The notes: generated from the sequence alone by a model not told the origin. A stretch of 64,000 nucleotides of DNA from an uncultured Pelagibacteraceae bacterium (GCA_902625125.1 CACOAB010000003.1:4849-68848), one strand, 5' to 3'. Counted from the first letter of the stretch, positions 10,026-20,986 are shown. A program made the numbers and translations.

Positions 10026-13000
10026 TAATAAGAATTTTAATCATTTAAAAATTCATACTCAATATTCAATTTGTGAAGGTGCCATTAAAATTGATGATTT
10101 GGCTGATTATTGTAAGTTAAAAAAGATTAAATCAATAGGTCTAGCTGATAGTTATAATCTTTGTGGCGCCTTAGAGTTTTCTGAAAAGATATCTAAGGTC
10201 GGCACTCATCCAATCATAGGAACTCAAATAAATTTAAATATCTCAGACGTAATTGGAAAAATTACACTTTATGCAACATCTGAAGAAGGATATAAAAATT
10301 TAACTAAGTTATCCTCATCCAGCTATTTAAAAAATAGCGAAACGACAGACCCATCATGTAGCTTAAAAGAACTATTAGAAAATAGCGAGGGTTTAATCAT
10401 ATTAACAGGCAATTATAATAATTTTTTTGGCAAACTCTTTTATAAGAATAAACTCAAAGACATTGAACAAATTTTAAATGGTATCAAAAAAAACTATAAA
10501 GATAGGTTATACATAGAAATTCAGCGTCATAATGAATTACAAGAAAAAAACTTTGAGAATTATTTACTTAACATCTCAAAATCTTTACAAATTCCATTAA
10601 TAGCCACTCAAGAAATTTTTTATTTGCATGAGGAAATGTACGAAGCACATGATGCTCTTGTTTGTATAGGAGAGAAAAATTTTGTGGATGATAAAAATAG
10701 ATTTAAATACAGTAATCAGCATTATCTAAAATCTAACGAAGAGCTTGAAAAATTATATTTAGATATACCTGAAGCTTTGGAAAATAATTATAATTTTCAT
10801 CTAAGATTTAATTATAAACCAAAAAAATCAAAACCAATTTTACCTTCAATAGCAAGTAACAAAAGTGTTTCACCCGAGGAAGAGCTATCAAAATTAGCAG
10901 AACAAGGATTAGAGGATAGATTAAAAAATTTTATTTTAAAAAAAGATAAAAATAAATCAATAGAGAAAATTAAAAAGATATATAAAGATAGGTTATTACA
11001 TGAAATTGAAATTATTAATTCCATGGATTACGCTAGTTATTTTTTGATAGTTTCTGACTATATTAAATGGGCCAAAAAAAATTCTATTCCAGTTGGACCA
11101 GGTAGAGGCTCGGGAGCTGGGTCGTTAGTTGCTTATTGCTTAGATATTACAGATTTAGATCCAATTGAATTTGATCTGATTTTTGAAAGATTTTTAAATC
11201 CAGATAGAGTATCCATGCCAGATTTTGACATAGATTTTTGTGAGGAGAAAAGAGATCAAGTATTCGAATACTTAAAAACAAAATATAAAAATGGTGTAGC
11301 CCATATAATAACTTTTGGTAAATTAAAGGCTAGAATGGTTTTGAGAGATGTTGGCCGTGTTCTGGGATTATCTTATGGCCACGTAGACAAAATTTGTAAG
11401 ATGGTACCATTTGATCCATCAAGACCACTCACTCTTAAAGAGTCTATTGATCGAGAGCCTAGATTTAAGGAAGAGTTGAAAAATAACGCTAAAGTTAAAA
11501 AACTTGTAGAGCTTTCTTTGAAACTAGAGGGGCTAAATCGGAATATGGCTACACACGCCGCAGGAGTGGTAATCGCTGGAGATAAATTAGCGGAACAATT
11601 CCCTTTATATATTGATCACAGCTCAAATTTAACTTTGCCGTCTACTCAATACGATATGTATTCTTCAGAGAATGCTGGACTAGTCAAATTTGATTTACTT
11701 GGTTTAAAAACGCTTACAGTAATCGATAATACTATAAAGAGATTAAAACTAAAAAAAATTAATCTAGATATTAGTAAAATAAATCATAACGATGAAAAAG
11801 TTTTTTCCATGCTTTCCACAGGTGAAACAACAGGATTATTTCAACTTGAAAGTGCCGGAATGAGAGAGGCAATAAAGCAAATGAGGCCAAACAAATTTGA
11901 TGATATAATTGCTTTAGTAGCTTTATATAGACCAGGACCGATGAGCAATATTCCTATTTATAATGATTGTAAAAATGGAAATAAAGAACCAGATTATATA
12001 CATCCTACTTTAAAAGAAATATTAAAACCAACTTATGGGATAATTATTTACCAAGAACAGGTTATGCAAATTGCTCAAACATTAGCAGGTTTTACTGCTG
12101 GCGAAGCCGATATATTGCGGAGAGCAATGGGAAAAAAGAAGAAAGCAGAATTAGATAAACAAAAAGAAAGATTTATAAATGGAGCTTTAAAAAATGGGAT
12201 AGAAAAAGATGTAGCCAATTTTGTTTTTACTAAAATAGAACCTTTTGCTCAATACGGTTTTAATAAAAGCCACGCTGCTGCTTATGCTTTAATAGCTTAT
12301 CAAACAGCTTTTTTAAAAACTTATTATAAAGAGGACTTTATTGCTGCAACTATGTCGACAGAACTAACTAACACTTCTAAATTGAGAGAGTTTGTTGAGG
12401 AATTGAAAAAGCTTAAAATTGAAATAGTAAAACCATCAATTAATAAATGCTATTCAGAATTTAAAGCTATTAATGGTAAAATAATTTATGGATTAGGTGC
12501 TATTAAAAATGTTGGATTTGAGGCTATATCAAATATCATCAATGAAAGGGAAAAAAATGGTTCTTTCAAATCTTTTGTTGATTTCATTAATAGAGTAAAT
12601 GCAAAAGATGTTAACAAACTTCAATTAGAGGGCTTAACTAAAGCTGGCGTATTTGATGAATTCGACAAAGATCGAAATAAAATTTTAACATCAATACCTA
12701 AAATTATCCAAAAAATTAAAAACATTAACGATGATAAAGAAAACAATCAGTCAAGTCTTTTTGACGATCAAGAAAAAAATCAAATTAGTTTTGAATTTTT
12801 ACCCTCAAAACCTTGGACGCAGAAAGAGCTACTGGCTGAAGAATTTAAATCAATCGGGTTTTATTTAACTAATCATCCTTTAAATGAATTTGAGGAAATT
12901 TTTAATCAATTAAATATCTATTCTTATAATCAATTTTATGAAGCTGAAAAAAATGAAGGTTTAGTTGCTGGAACAATTATGTCAATACAAGAAAAAAAAA

Positions 13001-13431
13001 GTGTAAAAGGAACACCTTACGCTATTGTTAAATTTAGTGATAAACAAGTAGAGTTTGAACTTTTTTTGTTTGCAGAAATACTCGTTACCAACAGAGACAA
13101 ATTAAAAGAGTCAGAATCTTTCGTTTTAACTTTACAAAAAGATAAAATTTCAGGGGAAACTGAAAAAAAAAGAATTAATGTCAAAAAAATTCTTAATTTA
13201 GATGAGGCAATAAACAAACCTTACTCAAAAGTAACAATTGAATTAAAAAAAGATTGCAATCTTGACGAGATTAAAAAACTACTGTCAAGCAAAGGGGAAA
13301 CAGAAATTAATTTAGTTATTAAAGATCAAAATAAAAAAGCTTTTTTCTCATTACAAGAAAATAGGAAATTTGACTTAAATCATCTTAAAGCTCTAAAAGC
13401 TAAGAAATACGTTGAAAAAATAACAGTTTAG
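10015..13431 (+). CDS. dnaE: DNA polymerase III alpha subunit
   Basis: PHP start HLKIHTQYS; GPGRGSGAGS, FERFLNPDRVSMPDFDIDF and YGFNKSHAAAY motifs. Confidence 0.98.
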   Translation: MLVNNKNFNHLKIHTQYSICEGAIKIDDLADYCKLKKIKSIGLADSYNLCGALEFSEKISKVGTHPIIGTQINLNISDVIGKITLYATSEEGYKNLTKLSSSSYLKNSETTDPSCSLKELLENSEGLIILTGNYNNFFGKLFYKNKLKDIEQILNGIKKNYKDRLYIEIQRHNELQEKNFENYLLNISKSLQIPLIATQEIFYLHEEMYEAHDALVCIGEKNFVDDKNRFKYSNQHYLKSNEELEKLYLDIPEALENNYNFHLRFNYKPKKSKPILPSIASNKSVSPEEELSKLAEQGLEDRLKNFILKKDKNKSIEKIKKIYKDRLLHEIEIINSMDYASYFLIVSDYIKWAKKNSIPVGPGRGSGAGSLVAYCLDITDLDPIEFDLIFERFLNPDRVSMPDFDIDFCEEKRDQVFEYLKTKYKNGVAHIITFGKLKARMVLRDVGRVLGLSYGHVDKICKMVPFDPSRPLTLKESIDREPRFKEELKNNAKVKKLVELSLKLEGLNRNMATHAAGVVIAGDKLAEQFPLYIDHSSNLTLPSTQYDMYSSENAGLVKFDLLGLKTLTVIDNTIKRLKLKKINLDISKINHNDEKVFSMLSTGETTGLFQLESAGMREAIKQMRPNKFDDIIALVALYRPGPMSNIPIYNDCKNGNKEPDYIHPTLKEILKPTYGIIIYQEQVMQIAQTLAGFTAGEADILRRAMGKKKKAELDKQKERFINGALKNGIEKDVANFVFTKIEPFAQYGFNKSHAAAYALIAYQTAFLKTYYKEDFIAATMSTELTNTSKLREFVEELKKLKIEIVKPSINKCYSEFKAINGKIIYGLGAIKNVGFEAISNIINEREKNGSFKSFVDFINRVNAKDVNKLQLEGLTKAGVFDEFDKDRNKILTSIPKIIQKIKNINDDKENNQSSLFDDQEKNQISFEFLPSKPWTQKELLAEEFKSIGFYLTNHPLNEFEEIFNQLNIYSYNQFYEAEKNEGLVAGTIMSIQEKKSVKGTPYAIVKFSDKQVEFELFLFAEILVTNRDKLKESESFVLTLQKDKISGETEKKRINVKKILNLDEAINKPYSKVTIELKKDCNLDEIKKLLSSKGETEINLVIKDQNKKAFFSLQENRKFDLNHLKALKAKKYVEKITV

Positions 13432-13473
13432 ACAGTTGATTTTTAAGACTGTTTGTATATACCTTGTCTAAAT

Positions 13474-13551
13474 TTCGCACACAGTTAAAAGGGCATTGCC
13501 CTACCGGTCCGAATATTCGGAATTACTGTGGTGGATTAACCGGAAAAAAAT
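13474..13551 (+). ncRNA. rpsB 5' leader, structured cis-regulatory RNA (probable S2 autoregulation)
   Basis: GC-rich island in AT-rich DNA. CACAGT(13480-85)/ACTGTG(13525-30) closes two hairpins, AGGGC-ATT-GCCCT (13490-13502) and TCCGAATATTCGGA (13508-21). CCGGT(13504-08) can pair with ACCGG(13539-43). Confidence 0.75.
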
Positions 13552-14292
13552 ATGAACGTACCAAAAGTAGATATAAAACAGTTATTAGAGGCCGGAGTTC
13601 ACCTCGGCCACAAAACCTTAAGGTGGAATCCAAAAATGAAGAAATATATTTTTGGAGAAAAAAATTCGATACACATAATAGATTTAACTCAAACTGTTGA
13701 TTTTCTTAAAAGCGCACTAACAGCTGTTCATAAAGTAGTAGCAAGTGGAGGAAAGCTACTCATTGTTTCAACAAAAAAACAAGCATCAGAACAAGTAAGT
13801 GACTTAGCAAAAGAAACTAATCAATATTTTGTAAATTATAGATGGTTAGGAGGGATGTTAACAAATTGGAATACTATTCAAAACTCTATAAAAAGATTAA
13901 AAAAACTAGACGATCAACTATCTAAAGAAAATTTAGGCTTTACAAAGAAAGAAATACTTAAATTTAGTAAAGAAAAAGAAAAATTACAAAGATCCTTAGG
14001 CGGCATATCTGAGATGAAAAAAATACCAGATCTAATATTTATAATTGACACAAACATAGAGTCCTTGGCTGTAGCCGAAGCTAAAAAACTTGGCATTCCT
14101 ATTGTTGCAGTGCTAGATACAAATTCAGATCCTACTGGAATTGATTTCCCTATACCAGGCAATGATGATGCAAGAAGATCGATAAACTTATATTGTGAGC
14201 TTTTAAAGAACACAATCAAAGATGCGGAAAAATTTATAAAAGGATCTGAAGAAAAATCAGATGCAAAAGAATCTAAAACAAAAGAAAAATAA
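13552..14292 (+). CDS. rpsB: 30S ribosomal protein S2
   Basis: [24 protein letters not shown] and IPGNDDA motifs. Confidence 0.99.
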   Translation: MNVPKVDIKQLLEAGVHLGHKTLRWNPKMKKYIFGEKNSIHIIDLTQTVDFLKSALTAVHKVVASGGKLLIVSTKKQASEQVSDLAKETNQYFVNYRWLGGMLTNWNTIQNSIKRLKKLDDQLSKENLGFTKKEILKFSKEKEKLQRSLGGISEMKKIPDLIFIIDTNIESLAVAEAKKLGIPIVAVLDTNSDPTGIDFPIPGNDDARRSINLYCELLKNTIKDAEKFIKGSEEKSDAKESKTKEK

Positions 14293-14308
14293 TTCAACAT
14301 ATCAATAA

Positions 14309-15172
14309 ATGTCCAAAGATCTTTTAGATAATATCAAAAAATTAAGAGAAATGACTGGAGTTGGATTTAAAGATTGTAAAAACGCCCTAGATGAAACAAA
14401 AGGTGATATAGAAAAATCGGTAGAATTTTTAAGAAAAAAAGGAATAGCTAAAGCATCAAAAAAAATGAGCAGATCAGCTACCGAAGGATTAGCTTTAGTT
14501 AAAGAGGAAAATAATCAGATCTCATTGATTGAAATAAACAGTGAAACAGATTTTGTAGCAAAAAATAAAGATTTTATAAATTTTTGCAAAGAATTATCTG
14601 AGATAAATTTTACTAATAAAGGAAGCATAGAAAAATTAAATAGTTCAAAAATGGCAAACGGAATTTTGGTTAAAGATAACTTAGTCAATTTAATAGCAAA
14701 AATCGGAGAAAAAATTACAATAAGACGAACTTCTTATTTCGATAATTCAAGCGGTGTAAATTTTCACTATGTTCACTCAGCTTTAGAAAAAGGCATAGGT
14801 AAAATAGTTTCAATCGTGAAATTAGATGGAATAATTAAAGGAAAGAATGATGAAATAGGAAATAAAATAGCAATGCATATTGCAGCATCAAATCCCTTGG
14901 CAATTGATAAAGATAATTTGGATAAAAAGATTATAGATAAAGAGTTAGAGATAATAAAAGCAGAGTTAACCAATTTAGGAAAACCAGCAGAGATGGCTGA
15001 AAAAATTTCAAAAGGAAAAATATCTAAATTTATAAATGATAATTCTCTTTTAAATCAAATTTGGATAATGGACTCCAAAAAAAAAGTGTCAGATATACTT
15101 AAAGAAAATTCAGCAAATAAACCACTTCAAATTTTAAATTTTGTTAGATATAAAGTTGGAGAGGGAGTCTAA
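14309..15172 (+). CDS. tsf: Elongation factor Ts
   Basis: IKKLREMTG, EINSETDFVAKN and AMHIAA motifs. Confidence 0.98.
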   Translation: MSKDLLDNIKKLREMTGVGFKDCKNALDETKGDIEKSVEFLRKKGIAKASKKMSRSATEGLALVKEENNQISLIEINSETDFVAKNKDFINFCKELSEINFTNKGSIEKLNSSKMANGILVKDNLVNLIAKIGEKITIRRTSYFDNSSGVNFHYVHSALEKGIGKIVSIVKLDGIIKGKNDEIGNKIAMHIAASNPLAIDKDNLDKKIIDKELEIIKAELTNLGKPAEMAEKISKGKISKFINDNSLLNQIWIMDSKKKVSDILKENSANKPLQILNFVRYKVGEGV

Positions 15173-15175
15173 AAG

Positions 15176-15736
15176 GTGAGTGCTGAATTTAACGAAAAAA
15201 TTTATTCATCTAAAATGGATAAAAGTATTCATTCTCTTAAAAAAGATATTTCAACTTTAAGAACAGGCAGAGCAAACACAAATATGCTAGATACTATTAA
15301 GATTGATGTATATGGACAATTAATGCCAATAGATCAACTTGCAACAGTCAGCGTACCAGAAGCTAGACTAATTTCAATTCAAGTTTGGGATAAAGCTAAT
15401 ACAAGTTTGATAGAAAATACAATTCAAAAATCTAATCTAGGTATTAATCCGCAGATAGATGGACAAATAATTAGATTGAGAATTCCTGATCTAACAGAAG
15501 AACGAAGAAAAGATTTAATTAAAGTATTAAAAAATATGGGCGAAAAGAGTAAAGTTGCAATAAGAAATATAAGAAGAGAAGCAAATGAGGAACTTAAAAA
15601 AAAATTAAAAGATAAAAAAATTTCAGAGGATAACAATAAAAATTTCGAAAAAAATATTCAAAAAATTACAGACGAAAATATAAAAAATATCGAAAATATC
15701 TTAATAGAAAAAGAAAAAGAGATCAGCCAGATATGA
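15176..15736 (+). CDS. frr: Ribosome recycling factor (GTG start)
   Basis: LRTGRA, PDLTEERRK and AIRNIRR motifs. Confidence 0.97.
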   Translation: MSAEFNEKIYSSKMDKSIHSLKKDISTLRTGRANTNMLDTIKIDVYGQLMPIDQLATVSVPEARLISIQVWDKANTSLIENTIQKSNLGINPQIDGQIIRLRIPDLTEERRKDLIKVLKNMGEKSKVAIRNIRREANEELKKKLKDKKISEDNNKNFEKNIQKITDENIKNIENILIEKEKEISQI

Positions 15737-16404
15737 ACAAACTTAACCATGTTGCCTTTATCATGGATGGTAATGGTAGGTGGGGGTTAAAAAAAAAGAA
15801 AGGAAGAAATTTTGGTCATTTAAAAGGCGTTGAAACTGTTAAAAAAATTGTAAAAAGCTCAATAGAATTAAAAATACCTATCGTTACATTTTATGTTTTT
15901 TCATCTGAGAATTGGAAGAGGCCTAGGAAAGAGATCAATTTCTTATTTAAATTAATTAACATCTATTTTAATCAAGAGATTAAAAATATCTCTTCACAAG
16001 GAATAAAAATTAATATTATGGGGGAAATTAAAGCCCTATCTTTAAATCTAAGAACATTATTAAAAAAAACGATGCATCTAACAAGAAATAACAAACAGAT
16101 AATAGTTAATCTTGCAATAAATTATGGTTCTAAAAATGAAATCTTTCAAGCAATAAAAAAAACGACAAAAAAGAAATTAAATATTAAAAATTTAGAAAAA
16201 AATTTTTTTTTTAAAACTTTACCCAATCCTGATATCTTGATTAGAACTGGTGGCCACCAAAGATTAAGTAATTTTATGTTGTGGCAATTAGCTTACACAG
16301 AATTATTTTTTTTAAAAAAGCTATGGCCTGACTTTAAAAAAAATGATTTCGTAAGAATATTAAAGAAATACAAAAAAATTAAAAGAAACTTTGGAGATAT
16401 ATGA
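15733..16404 (+). CDS. uppS: Undecaprenyl diphosphate synthase
   Basis: HVAFIMDGNGRW, FSSENWKR and IRTGGHQRLSNFMLWQ motifs. Confidence 0.97.
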   Translation: MNKLNHVAFIMDGNGRWGLKKKKGRNFGHLKGVETVKKIVKSSIELKIPIVTFYVFSSENWKRPRKEINFLFKLINIYFNQEIKNISSQGIKINIMGEIKALSLNLRTLLKKTMHLTRNNKQIIVNLAINYGSKNEIFQAIKKTTKKKLNIKNLEKNFFFKTLPNPDILIRTGGHQRLSNFMLWQLAYTELFFLKKLWPDFKKNDFVRILKKYKKIKRNFGDI

Positions 16405-17054
16405 TTCAACAAAATTTAAGAGAAAGAATTTTTACATCACTAGCACTACTTGTATCAATTTTTTTAGCTTTTAATCATAATTTTTTTCTTGTTTATATAT
16501 TACTAATATTTGGTGTTTTTTCATTTATTGAATTTTCAAATTTAATGAAAAAAATTACTGAAAGTAGGTTTATTTTTATATTAACAATAGTTTTTTTTTT
16601 AGTTTACGTTTTTTTCTTATTTAGCTTTACTTATTTTTTTTTTGAGAACTTATTTTCTAAAATTATATTCACAATAGTTTTATTTAGTTGTATTTTTTCT
16701 GACATTGGTGGTTTTATATTTGGCAAAATATTTAAAGGCCCTAAATTAACAAAAATAAGTCCAAAGAAAACTATTTCTGGAGCAATAGGGTCTTTTGTTC
16801 TTTGCTCAATATTTTTGAAAAGTTCGTTTTATTTTCTAATTAAGAAATTTGACTTAACAATTCTCTTAATCGCAATAATTATATCTACCAGCTGTCAACT
16901 AGGAGACTTATTTTTTTCTTATCTCAAGAGAAAAGCTGGAGTTAAAGATACAGGGAATTTTCTTCCTGGTCATGGTGGAGTTTTAGATAGGCTAGATGGA
17001 ATATTTTTAGGTGTTCCTACCGGTCTCTTTTTTATATCGTTATTATTATCATGA
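16401..17054 (+). CDS. cdsA: Phosphatidate cytidylyltransferase
   Basis: ISPKKT and GDLFFSYLKRKAGVKDTGNFLPGHGGVLDRLD motifs. Confidence 0.95.
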   Translation: MIQQNLRERIFTSLALLVSIFLAFNHNFFLVYILLIFGVFSFIEFSNLMKKITESRFIFILTIVFFLVYVFFLFSFTYFFFENLFSKIIFTIVLFSCIFSDIGGFIFGKIFKGPKLTKISPKKTISGAIGSFVLCSIFLKSSFYFLIKKFDLTILLIAIIISTSCQLGDLFFSYLKRKAGVKDTGNFLPGHGGVLDRLDGIFLGVPTGLFFISLLLS

Positions 17055-18217
17055 AAAAAACTATTTCAATTCTTGGTTCAACTGGTTCTATAGGTTTAAC
17101 ATCGCTTGGAATTATAGATAAAAAAAAAAATTTTTTTAGAGTTTTTCTTCTTTATGCAAATCAAAACTTCAATTTAATAAGTAAACAAATAAAAAAATAT
17201 AAACCTAAATTCTACATTATTAAAAATCAAAAAGTTTATTCTAAAGTAAGAAAAAAATTTAAGAAAAGTAAAACAAGATTTTTAAATAATTTAGAAAGCT
17301 TGAGATTTAAAAAAAAGATAGATATTTCAATTTCAGCTATACCTGGTATTGAAGGGTTAAAACCAACAATAAATGTTATTAAAAATAGTAAAAAAGTTTT
17401 AATAGCTAACAAAGAGTCTGTAGTTTGTGGATGGAGTCTTATCAAAAAATTATCATTAAAAAAAACAAAATTAATACCAGTAGACTCAGAACATTTTTCA
17501 ATTTTCAAACTTCTCAAACATCATAAAATTAATGAAATCAATAAAATTTATATAACAGCATCTGGTGGGCCATTTTTAAGATACACAAAAAAACAATTTA
17601 AAAGTATCACTCCTGATAAAGCATTGATGCACCCTAAGTGGAAAATGGGAAAAAAAATCAGTGTAGACTCTTCTACTTTGATGAATAAAATTTTTGAAGT
17701 TATAGAAGCCCAAAAATTATTTGAAATTCCTTATAATAAATTAGATATCCTGATACACCCGCAATCCTTAGTTCATGCAATAGTTGAATTTAAAAATGGT
17801 CTTACTAAATTCATTTATCACGATACCTCAATGACGATACCCCTTGCTAATGCAATGTTTGACGATAATTTATTAATTAAAGATTTCTTGAATAAAAACA
17901 CTAAAAGTTTTTCAAGCAAATTAGTTTTTGAAAAAGTAAATCCTGAAACATTTCCAGTTATTAAACTTAAAAAAAGATTAGGTGAATACCCATCCACTCC
18001 AATTATTATAAACGCAGCTAATGATATTTTAGTTGATCAATTTCTTAAAAAAAGAATAGATTTTTTAAGCATTTTTAAACTTATAATGAGAATATTGAAT
18101 GATAGTAATTATAGGAAATATGCTATAAGAAAACCTAAAAATTTAAATGAAATAATGCAAATAGATACATGGTCCAGGGAAACCACTTTAAACAAATTAC
18201 GTAGATTTTATAAATGA
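17051..18217 (+). CDS. dxr: 1-deoxy-D-xylulose 5-phosphate reductoisomerase
   Basis: LGSTGSIG, ANKES, PVDSEH, TASGGPF and HPKWKMGKKISVDS motifs. Confidence 0.96.
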   Translation: MKKTISILGSTGSIGLTSLGIIDKKKNFFRVFLLYANQNFNLISKQIKKYKPKFYIIKNQKVYSKVRKKFKKSKTRFLNNLESLRFKKKIDISISAIPGIEGLKPTINVIKNSKKVLIANKESVVCGWSLIKKLSLKKTKLIPVDSEHFSIFKLLKHHKINEINKIYITASGGPFLRYTKKQFKSITPDKALMHPKWKMGKKISVDSSTLMNKIFEVIEAQKLFEIPYNKLDILIHPQSLVHAIVEFKNGLTKFIYHDTSMTIPLANAMFDDNLLIKDFLNKNTKSFSSKLVFEKVNPETFPVIKLKKRLGEYPSTPIIINAANDILVDQFLKKRIDFLSIFKLIMRILNDSNYRKYAIRKPKNLNEIMQIDTWSRETTLNKLRRFYK

Positions 18218-20445
18218 TAAAAAAACTATATATAACAATATTTTTATTTTTATCTTTTACGCTGAACGCATCGGCGGAGATAGTCAAAAAAATTGAGGTT
18301 AATGGAAATAAAAGAGTTTCAGCTGAGACAATAAAAATTTATGGAAAAATTAAACTTAACGAAAATTATACTGAGAAAGATATAAATGAGGTTTTACAAA
18401 ACTTAAATTCAACAAATTTTTTTCAAGACATTAATATTAACTTATCGAATAATACTTTAATAATTAACGTAAAAGAGTACCCCACTGTAAATCAATTAAT
18501 TTTATTAGGTGAGAAAAGCAACAACGTAAAAGAACAAATATCTAAATTAATATCAACTAAAGAAAAAAGACCTTTTATTTCTTCTTCATTAAAAAAAGAC
18601 GTAGAAATAATAAAAAGCTTATATTCCTCTATAGGATTTAATTTTGCTAAGGTAAGTACTCGAATTAAAAATATTGATGAAAATAATTTAGATATTATTT
18701 TTGATATTGAAAGAGGCAATAAAACAGTTATTTCATCGATAAATTTTATAGGTGATAAAAAAATCCGAGAAAGAAAATTAAAATCAATAATTGCATCTGA
18801 AGAGCATAAATTTTGGAAAGTAATTTCTAAGAATAGTAATTTTAGTAGAGATTTAATTAGTTTAGATAAAAGATTATTAACAAATTATTATAGGTCAATT
18901 GGTTTCAAAGATGTCGAAGTTACTTCGAGTTTTGTTAATCTTTCAGATAAAGGAAATATGGAACTTACTTACTCTATAGAAGCAGGCACTAGATACAGAA
19001 TAAAAAAAATAAGCACAAAAGTTGATGATGTTTTTGATAAACAACTTTTTTCACCTTTAAATAAAATTTATAAAAATATAGCTGGGGAATATTATTCTCC
19101 ATTTAAGATAAAAGATATTTTAGATGAAGTTGAGTTGATAGTTGAGAAAAATAATTTGCAATTCGTTGAACAATCAGTCAGTGAAAAAAAGGATGGCAAC
19201 AATATAAATTTAATATTTAATATTTACGAAGGAGAAAAATTCATAGTTGAAAGAATAAATATTTTAGGAAATAATATAACGGACGAAGCGGTTATTAGAG
19301 GTGAGTTAACTCTTGATGAAGGTGATCCATTTACGGATTTAGCTTTACAAAAGTCAGTAGCAGAAATTAAACAAAGAAATATTTTTAAAAATGTTAATTA
19401 TGAAGTTTTAAACTCAAGTGAAAATCAAAAAATTGTTAATATAACAGTAGAAGAAAAACCTACTGGTGAAATAAGTGCTGGTGCTGGTATAGGTACTAGT
19501 GGATCTACCTTTGCAATAAATATTCAAGAAAAAAATTGGCTTGGCGAAGGTAAAAATGTAGGACTAGATCTAGAGGTAACAACAGAGTCAATCATCGGTA
19601 CATTTAGTTATAATAATCCTAATTATGATTTTTTAGGTAATTCAATTTATTATGCTGTTTCAAGTCAAAGAAACGATAAACCTTCATTAGGCTACGAAAA
19701 TTCAGTTCAATCTTTTGATATTAGCACCACGTTTGAGCAATATAAGGATACATTTACTTCTTTAGGTCTTCATGGAAGTTATGACGATTTACAAACTGAC
19801 AATACAGCCTCAGATAATTTAAAAAAACAACATGGATCATTTGTAGACTTGTCAGGGAAATATAGAATAAGAAGAGATAATAGAGATAGAGTTTTCAATC
19901 CAACCAAAGGTTCAGTCATTAGCTTTGGACAAAGTTTACCTTTAGCAGCTGATAAACCTTATATTCAGAATACCTTCAATGGAAGTTTTTATAAATCATT
20001 TTCAGACGACATAGTTGGATCAACAAAAATATTTATTAGTTCTATTGATGGATTAGACAATGAGGATGTAAGATTGAGTAAAAGAATTGGATTATCATCT
20101 AGAAAATTAAGAGGGTTTGAACGAAATAAAATTGGTCCTAAAGATGGAGATGATTTTGTTGGAGGTAACTATGCTGCAGCCGTGAATTTTGAAACAAATT
20201 TACCCAATTTATTACCAGATAAGTCAAACGTTGACGTTTCTTTATTTTTAGATTTTGGAAATGTATGGGGTGTTGATTATGACAGTTCTTTAGACGATAG
20301 TAATGAAATAAGATCAAGCACAGGTTTAGGGGCTAGTTGGCTATCACCTATAGGACCAATGACTTTCACATTTTCACAAAACCTTTCAAAAGCTAGTACA
20401 GATGTGACGGAAAGTTTTAACTTTAACTTAGGAACAACATTTTAA
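18214..20445 (+). CDS. bamA: Outer membrane protein assembly factor BamA
   Basis: Signal peptide, POTRA repeats (GNKRV, GNNITDEAVIRGE), LRGF loop, SPIGP and C-terminal FNLGTTF. Confidence 0.95.
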   Translation: MIKKLYITIFLFLSFTLNASAEIVKKIEVNGNKRVSAETIKIYGKIKLNENYTEKDINEVLQNLNSTNFFQDININLSNNTLIINVKEYPTVNQLILLGEKSNNVKEQISKLISTKEKRPFISSSLKKDVEIIKSLYSSIGFNFAKVSTRIKNIDENNLDIIFDIERGNKTVISSINFIGDKKIRERKLKSIIASEEHKFWKVISKNSNFSRDLISLDKRLLTNYYRSIGFKDVEVTSSFVNLSDKGNMELTYSIEAGTRYRIKKISTKVDDVFDKQLFSPLNKIYKNIAGEYYSPFKIKDILDEVELIVEKNNLQFVEQSVSEKKDGNNINLIFNIYEGEKFIVERINILGNNITDEAVIRGELTLDEGDPFTDLALQKSVAEIKQRNIFKNVNYEVLNSSENQKIVNITVEEKPTGEISAGAGIGTSGSTFAINIQEKNWLGEGKNVGLDLEVTTESIIGTFSYNNPNYDFLGNSIYYAVSSQRNDKPSLGYENSVQSFDISTTFEQYKDTFTSLGLHGSYDDLQTDNTASDNLKKQHGSFVDLSGKYRIRRDNRDRVFNPTKGSVISFGQSLPLAADKPYIQNTFNGSFYKSFSDDIVGSTKIFISSIDGLDNEDVRLSKRIGLSSRKLRGFERNKIGPKDGDDFVGGNYAAAVNFETNLPNLLPDKSNVDVSLFLDFGNVWGVDYDSSLDDSNEIRSSTGLGASWLSPIGPMTFTFSQNLSKASTDVTESFNFNLGTTF

Positions 20446-20970
20446 ATGTTAACAAAAAAATTTTTTACTACAATAATATTATTTTTTCTATCAACAAATC
20501 TAGTTGTAAAAGCTGACACACCTTATTTTTTAGATTTTAAATATGTTTTAAATAATAGCGATGCTGGAAAGAAAGCTCAAACTTTTTTACAAAATAAACT
20601 ATCAAAAGGTTTGGATAATTTAAAAAAAAAAGAAAAAAGCATTCAAGAAAGTGAAAAAAAAATAATACAGCAAAAGAAAATCTTATCTACTGAGGATTAT
20701 AAAAATAAAGTGAAAGAATTAAGATCTAACGTTTCTTCACTTCAAAAAGAGAGAAATAATCTTCTTGAGTCTGTGGCAAAACAACGAACGTATGCGAGAA
20801 ATGAGCTTTTAAAAGCTTTAAATCCAATAATAAAAGACTATATGAATGAAAAAAAAATCAGAATGGTAGTAGATAAAAAAAGTCTTTTACTAGCTGATGA
20901 AAATTTAGATATTACAAAAGAAATAACAGCAAAACTAAATAAAAAACTTAAATCTATTAAGTTAAATTAA
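20446..20970 (+). CDS. skp: OmpH/Skp-family periplasmic chaperone
   Basis: Signal peptide, coiled coil and C-terminal DITKEI; located between bamA and lpxD. Confidence 0.85.
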   Translation: MLTKKFFTTIILFFLSTNLVVKADTPYFLDFKYVLNNSDAGKKAQTFLQNKLSKGLDNLKKKEKSIQESEKKIIQQKKILSTEDYKNKVKELRSNVSSLQKERNNLLESVAKQRTYARNELLKALNPIIKDYMNEKKIRMVVDKKSLLLADENLDITKEITAKLNKKLKSIKLN

Positions 20971-20986
20971 GCTTAAAGATCTAAAA

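Noticed and set aside
13464-13700. 78-aa ORF overlapping the rpsB 5' end
   Set aside because: TTG start, out of frame with rpsB; the region is explained by the structured rpsB leader.
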